NCBI GenBank assembly: GCA_050948785.1
Contig: JBMNEM010000006.1
Coordinates: 7,313-71,312 of the forward strand
Source: Dethiobacteria bacterium
GTDB lineage: Bacteria; Bacillota; Dethiobacteria; DTU022; UBA8154
DNA length: 64,000 nt
Direction of reading: 5' to 3'
Part shown: in pieces, positions 59,894-64,000 of the stretch
Layout: each line of letters begins with the position of its first letter
Position numbering within the stretch: the stretch's first letter is position 1
Notes under the pieces: model-generated
Told to the model about the DNA's origin: nothing
The model's database searches: none
What the model saw: only the letters and a program-made list of their open reading frames with translations
Position numbers and translations under genes: made by a program

Positions 59894-60289
59894 TTATTTA
59901 TGCTCCATTTTTTTCCTGTAATCCGCAATGGCGTTATGCAGGGCGTCAGCAGCCAGGTTTGAGCAATGCAGTTTGGCCGGAGGTAAACCTCCCAATTCTT
60001 CTGCCACATCTTTATTTGATAAGGCCAGGGCTTCTTCCAGGGTTTTTCCTTTGACCATTTCCGTCAAAATACTGCTGCTGGCAATCGCTGCTCCACAGCC
60101 AAAGGTTAAAAATCTGATATCTTTAATCACATCCTCCTCCACTTTGATAAAAATTTTCATGATGTCCCCACATGTCGTATTACCGACTTCTCCTACACCG
60201 CTGGCGTTATCTATTTCCCCTACATTGCGGGGGTTTTGAAAATGCTCCATAACTTTTTCATTGTACATTTCTTTCCCTCCCAAAATCAT
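59894..60289 (-). CDS. iscU: Fe-S cluster assembly scaffold IscU/NifU-like
   Basis: 'NPRNVG', 'GDIMKIFIKV', 'CGAA', 'LHCSNLA' conserved Cys motifs. Confidence 0.85.
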   Translation of the reverse strand: MILGGKEMYNEKVMEHFQNPRNVGEIDNASGVGEVGNTTCGDIMKIFIKVEEDVIKDIRFLTFGCGAAIASSSILTEMVKGKTLEEALALSNKDVAEELGGLPPAKLHCSNLAADALHNAIADYRKKMEHK

Positions 60290-60317
60290 TTTACCATCGC
60301 CTGCAGCTTCTCTGCAA

Positions 60318-61475
60318 CTATTTAAACAGGGGGGACATCTCCCGCAGTTTTGCTACAGTTTCTTGAATGATTTTTACTGTATAATCAACTTCCTCAGGAG
60401 TATTATCCCGGCCCAAAGTAAGACGCAGCGACCCCTGGGCCGTCTGGCGGTCCAATCCGGTAGCCAGCAACACATAAGAGGGCTCCAGGGAACCGGAAGT
60501 ACAGGCCGAGCCGCTGGAAACAGCAACACCTTTTAAATCCAGGCTCAATAAAAGTGATTCACCCTCTACATAAAGCGCGCTTACGTTTACATTGCCCGGC
60601 AGCCTTTTTTCAGGGTGTCCGTTCAGCCGGACATCTTTTATTTGCAGCAATCCCCTGATGAGGCGATCCCTTAATTGTTTTAAAGCCCGGCTTTTCCCTT
60701 CTATATCCGTAGTAGCAAGTTCGATGGCTCGGCCCAGTCCTACTATTCCAGGCAGATTCTCCGTTCCGGGGCGCAGCCTTTTTTCCTGCGCACCGCCAAA
60801 AACAAGCTGTTTTATCCCGGTTTTTTTACGAACATACAGGGCCCCCACGCCTTTGGGACCATAAAACTTATGCGCGGAAAGGGACAGCATATCAATGGGC
60901 TGTTCTTTTAAATTAATAGCCATATTTCCAATCGCCTGGACGGCATCTGTATGGAAATAAACGCCTCTTTCCCGGCAAATGCGGCCAATCTCCTCAATGG
61001 GCTGTATGGTTCCGATCTCATTGTTGGCGGTCATAACCGTCACCAGGATCGTTTTATCCGTTATTTTGCCGGCCAGCTCCTCCGGGTCAACCATACCGTA
61101 GCGATCAACGGGTAAAAGAGTAACCTCAAACCCGGTTTTGCCGAGATAGCTAACCGTATCCAGGACAGCATGATGCTCAATGGAACTGGTAATAATATGC
61201 CGGCGTTTCCCGGAGGAAAAAAATCTCGCTACACCCTGGATAGCCAGATTATTCGCCTCCGTTCCCCCGGAGGTAAAGATAATCTCCTCCGGAGAAGCAC
61301 CCAACGCCCGGGCAGCCTTCTCCCTGGCTACCTCCAGAGCTTTACGGGCTTCCCGGCCCCAAAAATGCAGGCTAGAAGGGTTCCCGCAGTTTCCCTTCAG
61401 GTAAGGAAGCATCGCCGCCAGGACTTCCTCATCCAGGGGGGTGGTAGAACCATGATCCATATAAATCCTTTGCAT
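60318..61475 (-). CDS. iscS: Cysteine desulfurase (IscS/NifS class)
   Basis: PLP-Lys 'SLSAHKFYGPKG', active-site 'SSGSACTSGS'. Confidence 0.9.
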   Translation of the reverse strand: MQRIYMDHGSTTPLDEEVLAAMLPYLKGNCGNPSSLHFWGREARKALEVAREKAARALGASPEEIIFTSGGTEANNLAIQGVARFFSSGKRRHIITSSIEHHAVLDTVSYLGKTGFEVTLLPVDRYGMVDPEELAGKITDKTILVTVMTANNEIGTIQPIEEIGRICRERGVYFHTDAVQAIGNMAINLKEQPIDMLSLSAHKFYGPKGVGALYVRKKTGIKQLVFGGAQEKRLRPGTENLPGIVGLGRAIELATTDIEGKSRALKQLRDRLIRGLLQIKDVRLNGHPEKRLPGNVNVSALYVEGESLLLSLDLKGVAVSSGSACTSGSLEPSYVLLATGLDRQTAQGSLRLTLGRDNTPEEVDYTVKIIQETVAKLREMSPLFK

Positions 61476-61534
61476 GATGAAAGGCCCCTTTCAATTTTAA
61501 TCACAACCACCGGTTTTAAAAACAGGTGTGGGAA

Positions 61535-61969
61535 TTAGTATCTCCAATCAAGCATGTCCTGTAAAGTAATATTATCTAATAAATGATTAATATGATCTCG
61601 CAATTTTTCCCATACGTTTCTTGCCAGGCAGATATCCTCGCGGCTACAACGCTGCTCCCCCTCCTTCCTTTCATCGAGGCAGTCTACAGGAGTAATTGGG
61701 CCTTCCAGAGCCCTGATAATATCGCCAACACAAATTTTTTCCGGATGGTATGCCAGGGAATAGCCGCCTTTTGCTCCCCTGGTACTGCTAATCAGGCCCT
61801 CACGTCTTAATGCTGCAAAAATTTGTTCCAGAAACTGCTGGGAGATATTTTCCACCTGGGCAATTTGACTTAAGGGGATCGGCCCACCTGGGTAGTTTAA
61901 AGCCAGGTTAACCATAGCTCTGACACCGTATTCTCCTTTTGCCGATAAACGCACCCGGCTCCCCGCCAC
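61535..61969 (-). CDS. Rrf2-family transcriptional regulator (IscR-like, with Cys cluster ligands)
   Basis: HTH N-terminus 'SQIAQVENISQQFLEQIFAALRREGLISSTRG'; Cys residues 'PVDCLDE...CSREDICL'. Confidence 0.8.
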   Translation of the reverse strand: MAGSRVRLSAKGEYGVRAMVNLALNYPGGPIPLSQIAQVENISQQFLEQIFAALRREGLISSTRGAKGGYSLAYHPEKICVGDIIRALEGPITPVDCLDERKEGEQRCSREDICLARNVWEKLRDHINHLLDNITLQDMLDWRY

Positions 61970-62016
61970 CTTTCCGGATCATTTTTGCCTATATTTTGAT
62001 GTTAACACCCTAATAT

Positions 62017-62031
62017 TGAGTGTTTTACTCA
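62017..62031. promoter_or_regulatory. Palindrome TGAGT-N5-ACTCA upstream of the Rrf2 regulator (candidate autoregulatory operator)
   Basis: Perfect 5-5-5 inverted repeat ~50 bp upstream of the regulator start. Confidence 0.3.
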
Positions 62032-62254
62032 GGATTTAAACTAAGAAAGAAAAAACTGCCAAAAACAGATGCTCTTCTACTATTCCAACCAACCAATACA
62101 ACAGGATTTACCACAAAATTATCACAAAATATTTTCAGAGTCAAGAGAAAAAAACAGCGGAATTAACGCTTACTTACAACAGAAAAATCTTGGCCCATAA
62201 CTCAAAAAACCCGTAGAAATCATGGTTGATTCCACTGCATAAGGATTTCTTGGC

Positions 62255-62677
62255 TCAGAAGTAAGCAATGGCCTGGGCAATGGCATAAAAACCATCATGG
62301 GACATGGAAATTTCTATACCTTTGATCCCCTGTTTTTCGGCCCAGGACTGCGCTGCCCCTCTGAGAAAAACTACAGGCTTCCCCCTTGCTCCGGGAAGAA
62401 TCTCCAGGTCACGCCAGCCAACCTGGCCGATGCCACAGCCGAGAGCCTTGGCCACAGCCTCCTTGGTGGCAAAACGAGCCGCCATGGAAGGAAAGGGGTT
62501 CCTTTTTGCCTGTAAAAATTCGATTTCTTTCTCCGTAAAAATCTTTCTTAAAAACCGCTCCGGCCGGCGGCGGTAAGCACGGGCAATGCGCTGAATGCGG
62601 ATCAGATCGATGCCCACACCTTTTATCCCCGGATAAACACCCTCATTCAACTGCTGCGAACTCCTTTTGTCCCGCAT
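62255..62677 (-). CDS. acpS: Holo-[acyl-carrier-protein] synthase
   Basis: 'IKGVGIDLIRIQRI...RFATKEAVAKALGCGIG...ISMSHDGFYA'; true start probably internal to the 140-aa ORF. Confidence 0.75.
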   Translation of the reverse strand: MRDKRSSQQLNEGVYPGIKGVGIDLIRIQRIARAYRRRPERFLRKIFTEKEIEFLQAKRNPFPSMAARFATKEAVAKALGCGIGQVGWRDLEILPGARGKPVVFLRGAAQSWAEKQGIKGIEISMSHDGFYAIAQAIAYF

Positions 62678-64000
62678 TATTCGGGTGCGTTTCCGGAAGG
62701 GTCAACCCGGGAACGGTGTTTTTTTTCCAGATGGAGACTGAGAAAAGAAATATCTGCCGGGGTCACACCGTCAATTCGGGAAGCCTGCCCCAGCGTGCGC
62801 GGCCTGATAACTTTTAATTTTTCCCGGGCCTCGATCGAAAGATTGGCCAGCTCATCGTATGCAAAATCCTGGGGAATGATCCTTGATTCCAACCGGGCCA
62901 GCTGTTTAACGCTATTTTCCTGTTTGGCAATATAGCCTTCGTACTTGATTTGCGTCTCCACCTCCCGGAGAATATCCTCATCCCTGGAAAGCAGCAGGCG
63001 CTGTTCCTCTTCGAGAATTCCGGCCATGTTTTTAAAATTTATCTCCGGCCTTTTCAGTATTTCCTCCAGGGAGTGCGGTTTAGTCAGTGGGGCGGTACCG
63101 ACCTTGGCCAAGGACGCGTTCAGGGAAGCTGAAGGGTTTAACCGTATGCTCCGGAGCTTTTCCTTCTCCTCCTCCAGAAGGCGCTTCTTTTCCTGCAAAA
63201 GCTTGTAATGTTCTTCACGCACAAGCCCCAGGTGAAAACCTTTTTCCATCAGGCGTAAATCAGCGTTATCGTGCCGCAGCAGCAGGCGGTACTCACAGCG
63301 GGATGTAAACATGCGGTAAGGTTCCGTTACTCCTTTAGTCGTCAGGTCATCAATCAATACGCCGATATAAGCTTCGGTCCTTGTCAGGATAAAAGGAGGC
63401 TCACCCCGGCATAACAGGGCGGCGTTTATCCCGGCGATGAGTCCCTGCGCCGCGGCCTCTTCGTAACCTGTAGTGCCATTAATCTGGCCGGCAAAAAACA
63501 GTCCTTTTATTTGTTTGGTTTCCAGCGTTGTTTTTAACTGTGTAGGAGGAAAAAAGTCGTACTCAATGGCGTACGCCGGGCGGGTAATCACAACATCCTC
63601 CAGCCCGGGAATGGTACGCAGGAAGGTATACTGTAATTCTTCCGGCAAACTCGTATAAATCCCCTGCAGATACATCTCCTTTGTTTCTTCGCTTTCCGGT
63701 TCAATAAAAATAGGGTGCCTGGCCCGGCCAGTGAATCTGACCACTTTATCCTCGATGGCCGGACAGTAGCGCGGGCCCTTGCTCTTCATGAGGCCTGAAT
63801 AAATGGCCGCGTAGTTTATATTATCCAGGATCAGCTTGTGGGTCTGTTCATTTGTATGGGTCAGGTAACAAGGCACCTGCTTAAACTCCCTGTCCGGTGT
63901 GAAATAGGAGAAGCTGCCGGCGCCCTCTTCCCCTTTGACGGGTATAAGACCTTCAAAATTGATACTGCGCCTGTAAACACGGGGAGGTGTCCCTGTTTTA
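62677..64000 (-). CDS. mnmG: tRNA uridine 5-carboxymethylaminomethyl modification enzyme MnmG (GidA), C-terminal ~440 codons; N-terminus beyond window end
   Basis: '[15 protein letters not shown]', '[22 protein letters not shown]', C-terminal '[16 protein letters not shown]'; the open frame continues to position 64000 without a start. Confidence 0.85.
   Translation of the reverse strand, partial: KTGTPPRVYRRSINFEGLIPVKGEEGAGSFSYFTPDREFKQVPCYLTHTNEQTHKLILDNINYAAIYSGLMKSKGPRYCPAIEDKVVRFTGRARHPIFIEPESEETKEMYLQGIYTSLPEELQYTFLRTIPGLEDVVITRPAYAIEYDFFPPTQLKTTLETKQIKGLFFAGQINGTTGYEEAAAQGLIAGINAALLCRGEPPFILTRTEAYIGVLIDDLTTKGVTEPYRMFTSRCEYRLLLRHDNADLRLMEKGFHLGLVREEHYKLLQEKKRLLEEEKEKLRSIRLNPSASLNASLAKVGTAPLTKPHSLEEILKRPEINFKNMAGILEEEQRLLLSRDEDILREVETQIKYEGYIAKQENSVKQLARLESRIIPQDFAYDELANLSIEAREKLKVIRPRTLGQASRIDGVTPADISFLSLHLEKKHRSRVDPSGNAPE

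Noticed and set aside
1-64000. CRISPR arrays, integrases, transposases, IS elements
   Set aside because: By eye there are no regularly spaced 25-40-bp repeats, no cas-like ORFs, and no tyrosine/serine recombinase or DDE transposase ORFs. The dinB-segment repeats have no associated recombinase.

Overview
This 64-kb window reads as a Gram-positive, spore-forming Firmicutes chromosome (SpoIIP, YqfC/YqfD, T-box, CIRCE/HrcA, Cheo-type LexA box; about 50% GC). From about 12.8 kb to the right edge, almost every gene is on the minus strand. By established knowledge, the gene order matches the Bacillus subtilis yqe/yqf backbone: hrcA-grpE-dnaK-dnaJ-rsmE-mtaB ... rpsU-nfeD-floA-yqfB-yqfC-yqfD-phoH-pgpH(yqfF)-ybeY-dgkA-cdd-era-recO-glyQ-glyS-yqfL(PDRP) ... 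dnaG-sigA, then a four-tRNA operon and rpsB-tsf. Within the backbone there are local insertions. These are a selU/HIT/YlbF block, a DUF881 gene, ppdK, and a low-GC TetR-regulated ABC exporter island whose tetR promoter carries paired palindromic operators. The left 12.8 kb is not part of that backbone and is the accessory part of the window. It contains the first 303 codons of an SNF2-family helicase running off the window edge, with a degenerate PLD-like N-terminal motif. It also contains a TM2-domain protein and a frameshifted NCS2 nucleobase permease. Next is an SOS-regulated Y-family polymerase (dinB). A roughly 183-bp internal dinB segment is duplicated 4.2 kb downstream, bracketing a five-gene Ni/Co ECF-type transporter operon. 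This block also holds a frameshifted SAM methyltransferase beside a small Cys-rich ferredoxin-like ORF, and a cytoplasmic GAF-type histidine kinase with a NarL-type regulator. I found no CRISPR array, integrase or transposase, and no complete novel system. The most suggestive lead is the edge-truncated PLD-like/SNF2 helicase, whose partners, if any, would lie left of the window. Regulatory elements visible directly in the sequence include a glycine T-box, CIRCE, a LexA box, consensus sigma-A promoters, TetR operators and several intrinsic terminators. All calls are by-eye motif and translation reading; no database searches were run.
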